DNA of 64,000 bases, taken from positions 11,388 to 75,387 of the forward strand of contig QCHE01000002.1 of assembly GCA_003278065.1 (NCBI GenBank). Reading direction: 5' to 3'. The notes under the pieces are model-generated. The model made no database searches. It had not been told where the DNA came from and worked only from the letters and a program-made list of their open reading frames with translations. This DNA is from Pelagibacteraceae bacterium AG-390-O04. GTDB lineage: Bacteria; Pseudomonadota; Alphaproteobacteria; Pelagibacterales; Pelagibacteraceae. The position numbers and the translations under genes are program-made. Every line of letters starts with the position of its first letter. The first letter of the stretch is position 1. Positions 49,776 through 58,566 of the stretch are shown here, piece by piece.

Positions 49776-50545
49776 TTATTTCTCCATTTTGGTTTTCTTT
49801 TCTCCAAAAAAGCAGAGATACCTTCTTTGGCATCCATTGCCATCATATTAAGTGTCATCATCTTACTAGTATATCCATAAGCTTTTCTTAATGGCATTTC
49901 TAATTGTTTATAAAAAGCCTGTTTACCAATTTTAATTGTTAAATTTGATTTAGATGCAATTTTCTTTGCAACTTTTAAAACTTCTGTATTTAATTTTGAT
50001 TTTGAATAATAATTATTAATTAATCCAATTTCTTTTGCATAAGGTGCTTTAATAGGATCTCCAGTAAGCAACATCTTCATCATCGGTTTCCTATTAATTT
50101 TTCTACTAACAGCCACCATTGGTGTACTACAAAATAAACCTATATTAACACCAGGAGTTGCAAACAATGCATCTTTTGTACTGTAAGCAAGATCACAACT
50201 TGCCACTAATTGACATCCGGCTGCATAAGCTGCACCATGAACTTTAGCTATCACTGGTTTTTTTCCTTCAACAATTTGAAGCATCAATTTTGAACAAAGG
50301 TTGAAGAGTTTTTGATATTTATTTTTTTTCTTTAAATTTTTAACTTCATTTAAGTTGTGACCCGCGCTGAAACCTTTGCCGGCTCCCTCTAAAATAATAA
50401 CTTTAGTTTTTTTATCTTTATCGAGGTTTTGAAAAACTTTAATTAAATCATTTAAGTTTTTAAATGATAGTGAGTTATATGTATTGGGCTCATTTATTAT
50501 AACTGAACATATTCCGTCAGATAAATTTTTAACCTTTATATTCAT
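49772..50545 (-). CDS. Enoyl-CoA hydratase/isomerase (crotonase)
   Basis: FSAGHNL, AAGCQLVASCD, FATPGVNIGLFCSTP, EGISAFLEKR. Confidence 0.9.
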   Translation of the reverse strand: MNIKVKNLSDGICSVIINEPNTYNSLSFKNLNDLIKVFQNLDKDKKTKVIILEGAGKGFSAGHNLNEVKNLKKKNKYQKLFNLCSKLMLQIVEGKKPVIAKVHGAAYAAGCQLVASCDLAYSTKDALFATPGVNIGLFCSTPMVAVSRKINRKPMMKMLLTGDPIKAPYAKEIGLINNYYSKSKLNTEVLKVAKKIASKSNLTIKIGKQAFYKQLEMPLRKAYGYTSKMMTLNMMAMDAKEGISAFLEKRKPKWRNK

Positions 50546-50554
50546 TAAAAAAAT

Positions 50555-50929
50555 CTATTTTAACTTTCCTTCTTCTCGCATCTTTGCTCTAATTTTTGTC
50601 GCTGAAATTTTTTGTACTTCCTCCGACAACACAATCTCCTCAATTTTATAACCAACACCCCTTCCATAACAAATATTAGTTATGTTTGGGACTAACATTA
50701 TTTTAAAACGTCCCTCAAATTCTGGATTTAGTCTATCTTCTATATTTTTCTTTACTGTTTCAAAATCAAAAGGATTATCATCAACACCTTGCACATCTCT
50801 AATCTGAATACAAACTTGTCCTGTTTTTTTTATTATTTCTTTAAACAAAGTGTAATGACCATCATGAAATGGTTGCCATCTTCCTAACATTTGTGCTGTT
50901 GGTTTTTTGTTATCCCATTCGTAAGCCAT
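50555..50929 (-). CDS. Cytidylyltransferase-like (HxGH nucleotidyltransferase) protein
   Basis: GRWQPFHDGH, NPF, ISATKIR. Confidence 0.82.
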   Translation of the reverse strand: MAYEWDNKKPTAQMLGRWQPFHDGHYTLFKEIIKKTGQVCIQIRDVQGVDDNPFDFETVKKNIEDRLNPEFEGRFKIMLVPNITNICYGRGVGYKIEEIVLSEEVQKISATKIRAKMREEGKLK

Positions 50930-51005
50930 TAACTATCTCCTAATATATTTTGTTATATAATTTTTTAACATCATATGTTGTAACATAAAAGTCATACTTA
51001 TGAGC

Positions 51006-52199
51006 TTAAATTAAGCTGTTAGCTACCCATTTATGAAATTGATGAGTTGGTTGGTCCATTACAGGAGAAAAATTTCCTCCATTATATACTGGCGAACTTC
51101 TTCCTTCTTGCATTCCTTCAATTGCACTTACATCTTCCATCATAACATCTTTCCAAAATCTTGCGTTTTCTTTCCTTAACTCTTTTAATTCTTCTCCATT
51201 GGCACTTTCTTTACCAACGTAGTACATTTGCATATGTTCTCTAGTTTTATTCACTCCAATTGGTTCTAACCAAAAAACATAAAAATGGTCTATATGTAAT
51301 CCAATCATAACGTTTGGAAAAAGAGCTACATACTCAGAATTTTTCATCATACTTTTATCCCAATTTGGAAAAATGTTGAATTTCTTGTTTCCTTTTACAG
51401 GCTGTTCATATTTTTTGCTTCCCTGACCTGCAAATCTATTTGGTAAACCTTGTATGTGGTAATGATCATTTATATTTGAAACTTTGTTTAATTCTGGATG
51501 AATTGTAGGTAGATGGTAGCTTTCACAGTAATTCTCTATGGCAAACTTCCAATTACTTTTTACATCTAAAGAAAAGTAGCCATAGTCTTTTGAATGCACA
51601 ATCAATTCATGATCTTCTTTGTTGATTAATTTAGACCACCTCTGTTCAAGTGGTTTTATATATTCATCAAAATCTATTTCATTTGAATTGATATTAACAA
51701 AAATTATATCCATCCAAATTTTTGATTTAACCTCCTTTAAATTACTTTTGGTTTTGTCAAATTTTTTAGACTGGTGATTGTTTAAACCACCAATGTGTGG
51801 TGTTGCGACAAGTTTTCCTTCAAAATCATATGACCAAGAGTGATATGGGCATCTAATAAAATTTTTGAGGGAACAAGGATTGTCTAGAATTTTAAAGCCC
51901 CTATGACTACATACGTTGTGGTATACTCTAATCCTTAAATTTTTATCTCTTATTAAAATCAATGGAATCCCCAACAGATTGTATGGTATGGCATCACCAG
52001 GAAGTGGTATCGAACTACCAACACCAACAACAGCCCACTTATCAAAGAATATCTTTTCTTTTTCGTAAGCTAAATAGCTATTATTTGTATAACATTCATT
52101 TGGTAAGCCATTTGCGATTTCTATTGGCTTATCAACATTGTTCAGTTTTTCAATATCTAGTATTTCAGCAAGAGGGAAATTTTTATGATTTTGATCCAC
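51006..52199 (-). CDS. Rieske non-heme iron oxygenase alpha subunit (choline/betaine monooxygenase-like)
   Basis: CSHRG...CPYHSW Rieske motif; NWK...ENYCESYHL..H; ED...EGMQ; start uncertain (52199-52235). Confidence 0.88.
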   Translation of the reverse strand: MDQNHKNFPLAEILDIEKLNNVDKPIEIANGLPNECYTNNSYLAYEKEKIFFDKWAVVGVGSSIPLPGDAIPYNLLGIPLILIRDKNLRIRVYHNVCSHRGFKILDNPCSLKNFIRCPYHSWSYDFEGKLVATPHIGGLNNHQSKKFDKTKSNLKEVKSKIWMDIIFVNINSNEIDFDEYIKPLEQRWSKLINKEDHELIVHSKDYGYFSLDVKSNWKFAIENYCESYHLPTIHPELNKVSNINDHYHIQGLPNRFAGQGSKKYEQPVKGNKKFNIFPNWDKSMMKNSEYVALFPNVMIGLHIDHFYVFWLEPIGVNKTREHMQMYYVGKESANGEELKELRKENARFWKDVMMEDVSAIEGMQEGRSSPVYNGGNFSPVMDQPTHQFHKWVANSLI

Positions 52200-52298
52200 A
52201 GAAAAAATTACCATGAGCATAATTTTTGGCAACAAATTTCGTCTCAGTTATAAATGAATTTCTTTGACAGCTTTTTCAAAAAAGATAATGATAAGTAA

Positions 52299-53027
52299 AT
52301 GAAATTTTCTTTGGAAATTGGTCCTCAAACTGACCTCGACACAATACCTCCTGTTAGTGATGTTTATATCACTATGTTGCCAGGTGGGGATTATAAAGAG
52401 ACCGCTCAACAAGCAGTTGAGCTAGTTAAAAAGGGCTTTAATCCAGTGCCTCATTTTCCAGCAAGGTCAATGCATAGTGAAAATGAATTAAAAGATTATG
52501 TTTCTAGATGTAAAGATGGAGGAGTAAAACAAGCTTTAGTAATTGGTGGTGGTCGAGAGCCAGTTGGAAAATTTGATAGCTCTTTTCAACTTTTAGAGAC
52601 TGGTTATTTTGAGAAGATGACAATAGGAATTGCTGGACACCCCGAGGGGAGTCCTGATATATCCGATTCAAATTTAGAAAAAGCTATGATAGATAAAAAG
52701 CCTTATGCTGATTATATAGTAACCCAATGGTTATTAGATCCTCAGCCTATTATAGATTTTATTTCTAAACAAAGCGTACCAGTGCATGTTGGAATTACTG
52801 GCCCTCTAAAAATATCGAGCTTAATTAAATTTGCTAATATTGTTGGAGCAAAAAATTCCATTAACTTTCTTAAATCTAATTTTAGTAAGGCGTTAGATTT
52901 ATTGAAACCTAAAGACCCTAATGATTTAATTGGGAAAGTTAAATCGCATACTGATTTCTTCCACATTTATACATTCGGCGGCTTGAAGGAAACTAACAAG
53001 TGGTTGAAGGAGAATAGTTATGTCTAA
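52299..53027 (+). CDS. metF: Short methylenetetrahydrofolate reductase-like protein
   Basis: FSLE, PVPHFPAR, LVIGG, AGHPEG, IVTQW, HIYTFGG. Confidence 0.72.
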   Translation: MKFSLEIGPQTDLDTIPPVSDVYITMLPGGDYKETAQQAVELVKKGFNPVPHFPARSMHSENELKDYVSRCKDGGVKQALVIGGGREPVGKFDSSFQLLETGYFEKMTIGIAGHPEGSPDISDSNLEKAMIDKKPYADYIVTQWLLDPQPIIDFISKQSVPVHVGITGPLKISSLIKFANIVGAKNSINFLKSNFSKALDLLKPKDPNDLIGKVKSHTDFFHIYTFGGLKETNKWLKENSYV

Positions 53028-54378
53028 AGAATTTGACTATACTAAACTAAAACATGTTACTTCAGTAGATCAATCAGATCGAAAAGTACCATACAATTTA
53101 AGACAAAGTGGGCCAACAAAAGTTGAAATGTTAATTTCAACAAGGGTAAGAAAATCTCCGTATTGGCATTTATCAATGCAAGCAGGTTGTTGGAGAGCAA
53201 CGGTTTATAATAGAATCTATCATCCAAGAGGTTATGTAAAACCAGAAGATGGTGGTGCAATGGTTGAATATGATGCAATTGTAAATCACGTTACAATGTG
53301 GAACGTAGCTGTTGAAAGACAAATTCAAGTTAAAGGTCCTGAAGCTGAAAAATTTGTTGATTATGTAATAACCAGAGATGCTACAAAAATATCACCTATG
53401 AGAGCTAGGTACGTTATTTTATGTAACGCTTACGGTGGTGTTCTTAATGATCCAATTCTTTTGAGAATATCAAAAGATGAGTTTTGGTTTTCATTGTCTG
53501 ATTCTGATATTGGCATGTACCTGCAAGGTGTTAATGCTGATGGTAGATTTAATTGCACTGTTGAAGAAATAGATGCATGTCCTGTTCAGATTCAAGGACC
53601 AAAATCAAAAGCTCTAATGAAAGATTTATTAGGTGATCAAGTCGATTTAGAAAATATGCCTTTCTATGGTTTAGCAGAAGTAGAAGTTGCTGGTAGAAGT
53701 TGTGTAATTTCTCAATCTGGTTTTTCAGGAGAAGCGGGATACGAAATATATCTAAGAAATGCAACTCTATATGCTGATGATATGTGGAATGCAGTTCTTG
53801 AAGCAGGAAAAAAACATAATTTAATGGTTATTGCTCCTGCACATCATAGAAGAATTCAAGCGGGAATTCTTTCTTGGGGACAAGATATGGATCAACAACA
53901 CAATCCTTATCAATGTAATTTAGGTTATCAAGTTTCATTATCTGGAAAAGGTGAATGGAATAAAACAGCTGATTATGTTGGTAAATCTGCTTTAGAAAAA
54001 ATGGGTGCCGATATTAAAGCTGGTAAAAAACCGTATAAATTACAATTAGTTGGTTTTGAACTTGGAGGAAAACCAATTGAAGATTATGCGCCAGATTTTT
54101 GGTTAATATCAAACGAAAATGGTGGTGAACCTGTTGGATTTATTACATCTCCTTGGTATCATCCTGAAAAGAAAACTAATATAGCAATGGGATATGTTCC
54201 ATTTGATGGCACTCTTAATTCAAACGGATTTCCTAAGGGAAAAGTTGGAACTAAATTTAAGGTTCATTTACCAGAAAAATACTCTGAATCACCTGGTAAA
54301 CCTGTAGATGCTGTAATCGTTGATATTCCATTTAAAGAATCTTACAACGCAAATACTAGAGAGGTTGTAAAAGGTTAA
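53020..54378 (+). CDS. GcvT-family THF-dependent aminomethyltransferase/demethylase
   Basis: WNVAVERQIQVKGP, NDP, IQGPKS, SGFSGEAGYE, RRIQAGILSWG; overlaps metF. Confidence 0.88.
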   Translation: MSKEFDYTKLKHVTSVDQSDRKVPYNLRQSGPTKVEMLISTRVRKSPYWHLSMQAGCWRATVYNRIYHPRGYVKPEDGGAMVEYDAIVNHVTMWNVAVERQIQVKGPEAEKFVDYVITRDATKISPMRARYVILCNAYGGVLNDPILLRISKDEFWFSLSDSDIGMYLQGVNADGRFNCTVEEIDACPVQIQGPKSKALMKDLLGDQVDLENMPFYGLAEVEVAGRSCVISQSGFSGEAGYEIYLRNATLYADDMWNAVLEAGKKHNLMVIAPAHHRRIQAGILSWGQDMDQQHNPYQCNLGYQVSLSGKGEWNKTADYVGKSALEKMGADIKAGKKPYKLQLVGFELGGKPIEDYAPDFWLISNENGGEPVGFITSPWYHPEKKTNIAMGYVPFDGTLNSNGFPKGKVGTKFKVHLPEKYSESPGKPVDAVIVDIPFKESYNANTREVVKG

Positions 54379-54387
54379 CTTCAATTT

Positions 54388-54417
54388 AAAAAAGGGGGGT
54401 ATTCCCCCCTTTTTTTT
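54388..54417 (+). terminator. Intrinsic terminator
   Basis: A6-GGGGGG-TATT-CCCCCC-T8. Confidence 0.88.
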
Positions 54418-54427
54418 AAATTTAAAA

Positions 54428-54550
54428 ATGACAAAAGGTTTCTTAATTGCAATTTGCATTGTAATAGCTATTGCTTTATTAATCTTGCCATTAGTTATTT
54501 CTTATAAAGAACAAAAAAAAAATAAATGTTTGGAGAATTTCTTAATATAA
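54428..54550 (+). CDS. Putative small membrane peptide, 40 aa
   Basis: MTKGFLIAICIVIAIALLILPLVISY plus a basic tail; overlaps the next gene. Confidence 0.4.
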   Translation: MTKGFLIAICIVIAIALLILPLVISYKEQKKNKCLENFLI

Positions 54551-55071
54551 TTTTTAAATCTATAAAATTAGATAAATCCCTTTATACTGATAATAAGAAT
54601 TTTGGTGAAGCATCAATATATTTTGCTGGTATCATTATGATTTTAGACGGTTTAGCTGGAGCAGTTGCAGCTAATACTGTCGTTAAAACAGCAATAGCCA
54701 TGTCTGGATTAACAGCTATTATTACATGGTTCATCTGGGCAATATTTATCTTTGTAATCGGTGTCAAGCTATTTCCAGACAAACAAACTAACAAGATTCC
54801 CTTCAAGAAAGTTTTAACAGCCGTAGGATTTGCTCATGCTCCTGGATTATTGAGATTTTTTGCAATAACACCTGAATTAATGATACCAATAATTTTTCTT
54901 ACTCAATTTTGGATATTTGCAGCTTTGATAATTTCCACAAAACAAATACTTAATCTTAAATCAAACTTTAAGTCTTTTGGAATCGTATTTCTATCTTTCC
55001 TTATCATAGCTTTCTTGTCCATTTCGTTTGTTATGAGCAGAATGAATGCTTTACCTATTAATCAAATTTAG
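54526..55071 (+). CDS. Yip1-like membrane protein
   Basis: 5 TM; LTAVGFAHAPG motif. Confidence 0.7.
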   Translation: MFGEFLNIIFKSIKLDKSLYTDNKNFGEASIYFAGIIMILDGLAGAVAANTVVKTAIAMSGLTAIITWFIWAIFIFVIGVKLFPDKQTNKIPFKKVLTAVGFAHAPGLLRFFAITPELMIPIIFLTQFWIFAALIISTKQILNLKSNFKSFGIVFLSFLIIAFLSISFVMSRMNALPINQI

Positions 55072-55229
55072 ATTGGAAAAATAGTTTTTGAAATTCTACA
55101 TGACTTACATATTTTAAAGCCTGTAAGTATCAAATTTTGAGAAACACTTTCATCTTTTTCTTTACATTCGTCACAAATATTGTCTAGTTCTCTTAAGTTT
55201 TTTTCCTCTATATCTTTATCATTAATCAT
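55068..55229 (-). CDS. Small CxxC-x18-CxxC (Zn-ribbon-like) protein, 53 aa
   Basis: MINDKDIEEKNLRELDNICDECKEKDESVSQNLILTGFKICKSCRISKTIFPI; ATG overlaps the upstream stop. Confidence 0.6.
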   Translation of the reverse strand: MINDKDIEEKNLRELDNICDECKEKDESVSQNLILTGFKICKSCRISKTIFPI

Positions 55230-55833
55230 TGTCTGTTAAACCTGCTCCAGCAGCACCATGTTTAAGGCTATCAGTCTCATCAACAAAAGTCTTTTCTGAT
55301 AATTTATATAAACTTTTCCATTCAGAACTAGTAAAATTATTTTTATTCTCTAAGAATTTAATTTCTACATTTTGAGCTTTTATTGGAAATTGTTTTTTAA
55401 AATAGTTAGTTAATATATTTTGATTAAAATTGAATAAAAATTCATTTTTTCCAAATTTTAACAGTATCTTTTTTCCAATTATTTCTGAACTTCTACTTAA
55501 AAAAGGTATAAATAAAATCGGGTAAGCTATCTCATCAAATTTGATCTTTTTCAATGGCTCAATTGTTTTAATTTGATCTAAAAAACTAACTCCAATATTG
55601 ATTGGGCAGAAAGCTAAATTAATTTTTTTATTATTTCTATTAATCAATTTTAAAATTTCAAATTTTTTTTTTCTTTTTTTTTTCAAATATTGATCTAAAT
55701 ATTTTATTCCTGGTAAGCCAAATAGTTCTAACAATCTAATATTTTTACCAACATCTTCACTAATTCCCCATGAATATCCAGCAGCACGGCTCGCTCTTTT
55801 TGATGTAGTTTCTATTTCACTCAAAGATCTCAT
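55222..55833 (-). CDS. DUF3726-like protein
   Basis: MRSLSEI...KRASRAAGYSWG N-terminus; SLKHGAAGAGLTDND C-terminus. Confidence 0.75.
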   Translation of the reverse strand: MRSLSEIETTSKRASRAAGYSWGISEDVGKNIRLLELFGLPGIKYLDQYLKKKRKKKFEILKLINRNNKKINLAFCPINIGVSFLDQIKTIEPLKKIKFDEIAYPILFIPFLSRSSEIIGKKILLKFGKNEFLFNFNQNILTNYFKKQFPIKAQNVEIKFLENKNNFTSSEWKSLYKLSEKTFVDETDSLKHGAAGAGLTDND

Positions 55834-55839
55834 GACTTA

Positions 55840-57495
55840 CTAGGTGTTGTAAACCCATTGCTCATCATAATTTTTTAATTCATTTGGAAGAGGTGCTCCC
55901 TGAAACATGCATATACGTAGCCACTTATCAGACCTGGGATCAAATTTAAGAGCACCAAAAAAAGATAGCTTTAACCTCAACATATCTATTGGTATAGTTT
56001 TTTCACTAATTGTATTATCTTGAATTTCAGAATAAGGAAATTTCTCCACAATAAATGCTCTTCTCACTACATGTCTTAAATCTGAATTATCGATTAAAAA
56101 TTTATCAATAGTGAAATTACTTTTAGTCTTTAGTATTTTTTTATAAAGTTTTTTTATATCCCTTGCTATAGCAAGTGGTTGTTCAAGATTTGCGCCTTTT
56201 TCTTTAAAACGATCAGCTAATCTTGGCTCTTCTTTATTTTTTGAAATAAACCAAAATTTTTTATTATTTTCTTCTATATCAAAATTTATTGATAAAATAT
56301 TAGGATATTTTTTTTCAATAATCTTCTTTAAATCTTTAATAGTTCTGTAAGTTGGAATATCAAAATATTTTTCTTCATCAGAACTCATTTTTTTAATAAG
56401 TGGTTTTATTATTGTATCAAATGGCTCCATCATGATTGAAACGATATATTCAATACACTCTTCACATGTCTCTTTTTCTAACCATAAATAAATTTTATTA
56501 AATGGATAATCTGTTTCAAAATTAAATTCACCCTCAACAAAATTTAAAAATTTTCTAACATCTTTTAATAAATTTTTTATTTTTTTAAGCTGATACTGGC
56601 TTTCTGTGTTCCAACTGGTAATATTTTTTATTGAATTTCTTACACAATTTTTAAATAAATCACTGTCTTTTTTGTTAACTTTCTTAATTTCTCTAATTTC
56701 CTTTAATGCAGTCTCTCTACAGAATATCCAATTATTAAGTAAAGTAGGATGATTAACTATAAATGGAGCCATACCTAAACCTGTCGAATTTCCAATTCCA
56801 AGATTTTTACAAATTTTTTTATCTAATTTAACGGCCTTTTTTGGATTTCTTAATTTAGCCACATGGTTAACTTGATCAAAAGTAAATTGTCTAACTAAAT
56901 AAACTAACATCATTTCCAATCTAAACGGTCCATTAATTTCTTCTCGATTTTTTATTCTGAAACGATCTGCAAGACCAAACTTTCCTGATCCATAAACTGC
57001 TGTGGTTCTATAAAGATAACCAACTTTTTCTAAAAGATCTAAACTAGGTTGAAATCCATTGCTTAAACTGTCTACTACATGATTAAATATTCTCACTGAT
57101 TTATTTGCTCTAGATAAAGTTAGTTCCTTGTAAGATAATCTTCCAATCTCTTGCTTTGGTACTTCATTTCTTAGTCTTTGAATATCCTTTTTGCTTGGTA
57201 TACCATCATGCAGTGTAAAAGCTGCATCCCATTTGGTGGCAATAACTCTATCTGATCTTTCATCATCATTAATTTCGTTAGCAAAACAAACTAATGAGTA
57301 AACTCTATCTTTTTTTTTAAATGAATAAACTGCTATACCATATCCATTTTTATCTAATTCAAACAAATTTTTGTTAAAATCCCAATTTTTGAATTCATCT
57401 AAAAAGCTTCTTAAAAAAGACAGTCTTGATTGATGAAAAGATCCTAGTCTTGAAAGTTTCATTATAATATTTGGGTCGCGTAATTTTACATTCAT
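55840..57495 (-). CDS. Conserved hypothetical protein, 551 aa
   Basis: Long ORF with conserved-looking blocks RSDRVIATKWD, RTTAVYGSGKFG, GIGNSTGLGMAPF, KEEPRL, FDPRSD.W.RI.MFQGAP. Confidence 0.82.
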   Translation of the reverse strand: MNVKLRDPNIIMKLSRLGSFHQSRLSFLRSFLDEFKNWDFNKNLFELDKNGYGIAVYSFKKKDRVYSLVCFANEINDDERSDRVIATKWDAAFTLHDGIPSKKDIQRLRNEVPKQEIGRLSYKELTLSRANKSVRIFNHVVDSLSNGFQPSLDLLEKVGYLYRTTAVYGSGKFGLADRFRIKNREEINGPFRLEMMLVYLVRQFTFDQVNHVAKLRNPKKAVKLDKKICKNLGIGNSTGLGMAPFIVNHPTLLNNWIFCRETALKEIREIKKVNKKDSDLFKNCVRNSIKNITSWNTESQYQLKKIKNLLKDVRKFLNFVEGEFNFETDYPFNKIYLWLEKETCEECIEYIVSIMMEPFDTIIKPLIKKMSSDEEKYFDIPTYRTIKDLKKIIEKKYPNILSINFDIEENNKKFWFISKNKEEPRLADRFKEKGANLEQPLAIARDIKKLYKKILKTKSNFTIDKFLIDNSDLRHVVRRAFIVEKFPYSEIQDNTISEKTIPIDMLRLKLSFFGALKFDPRSDKWLRICMFQGAPLPNELKNYDEQWVYNT

Positions 57496-57497
57496 AC

Positions 57498-58463
57498 TTA
57501 AATAGTTTTATAAAAATTGTACCAATTGTTTCCAAGTATCCCATTGGTCTCAGCCTCTGAAAACCCCACTTTTTTTAATCCTTTTTCTAAATTAATAAAT
57601 CCTCTTGCATCTTCAAACCATTGAGGTTGTTTTGGAAAACCTGGTTTATTTTTTGATCCCTCACCATAATTTTTACTTTTAGACCAGGTTCCATTTCTCA
57701 TCCACTCAACTACTTCGTCCGGTTGATTCAAACAAAGATCAGAACCAATGCCTATACTTTTAACATTCATAATTTCTGCAGTTTTAGCAACCATCTCACA
57801 AAAACTATCAAGAGTACAATTTGAATTATTTTTTAAGTGGTGCGGGTAAAGTGATAATCCTAAAATTCCACCACTATCACTTAATTCTTTTAGTAATTCA
57901 GAAGATTTATTTCTTTTTGCAGCATGCCAAAATAATGGATTTGCGTGTGTAATTGCAATCGGTTTTTCACTTATTTCTATTGCATCAAAAGAACTTTTTT
58001 CTGCTGAATGTGACATATCAATAACAACTCCAACTCTATTCATTTCTTTAATAACTTCTTTTCCAAAATTAGTAACACCACTATCAATTTTTTCATAACA
58101 ACCAGTAGCTAATAAAGATTGATTATTATAAGTGAGTTGCATAAACCTACATCCAAGTTCATGAACTTTTTCTACCAAATTTATATCGTCCTCAATAGGT
58201 GAACAATTTTGAAAACCAAAAAAAATTGCTGTTTTTTTTTCATTATTTGCTTTTTCAATATCCTCAAAATTTTTACCCATAAAAATCAAATCTGAATTAT
58301 CATTAAATAATTTTTCCCATTTTTTAATTTCATTTAATAATTCATCGTAATCTTCATGGTAGACAATTGTGACATGAACAGCGTCTAAACCAGCTTTTCT
58401 ATTTATTTGAAAAACTTCTCTTGTCCAATTACAGTATTGAAGATTGTCTATTTTGAAATTCAT
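57498..58463 (-). CDS. Peptidase M19 (membrane dipeptidase)-like amidohydrolase
   Basis: QLTYN, EMNRVG..DMSH, ITHAN, IGIGSD, ILGNNW. Confidence 0.85.
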   Translation of the reverse strand: MNFKIDNLQYCNWTREVFQINRKAGLDAVHVTIVYHEDYDELLNEIKKWEKLFNDNSDLIFMGKNFEDIEKANNEKKTAIFFGFQNCSPIEDDINLVEKVHELGCRFMQLTYNNQSLLATGCYEKIDSGVTNFGKEVIKEMNRVGVVIDMSHSAEKSSFDAIEISEKPIAITHANPLFWHAAKRNKSSELLKELSDSGGILGLSLYPHHLKNNSNCTLDSFCEMVAKTAEIMNVKSIGIGSDLCLNQPDEVVEWMRNGTWSKSKNYGEGSKNKPGFPKQPQWFEDARGFINLEKGLKKVGFSEAETNGILGNNWYNFYKTI

Positions 58464-58566
58464 TTTAAGTATTATCACCAAACCATACCAATATGTTTTT
58501 TTAAATTCTATTTATTTTATTGAAATTTTTATTTTATTTTGAAATAACATTTGAATTGGTAAAATC

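Noticed and set aside
46285-52298. SAM-V or glycine riboswitches upstream of the DMGDH-like and metF genes
   Set aside because: The intergenic regions are short and lack the consensus elements by eye; an Infernal/Rfam scan would be decisive.
53020-54378. Annotation as dmdA (DMSP demethylase) or true gcvT
   Set aside because: It is 452 aa, longer than and divergent from the roughly 370-aa DmdA, and no gcvH/gcvP is nearby; left as GcvT-family.
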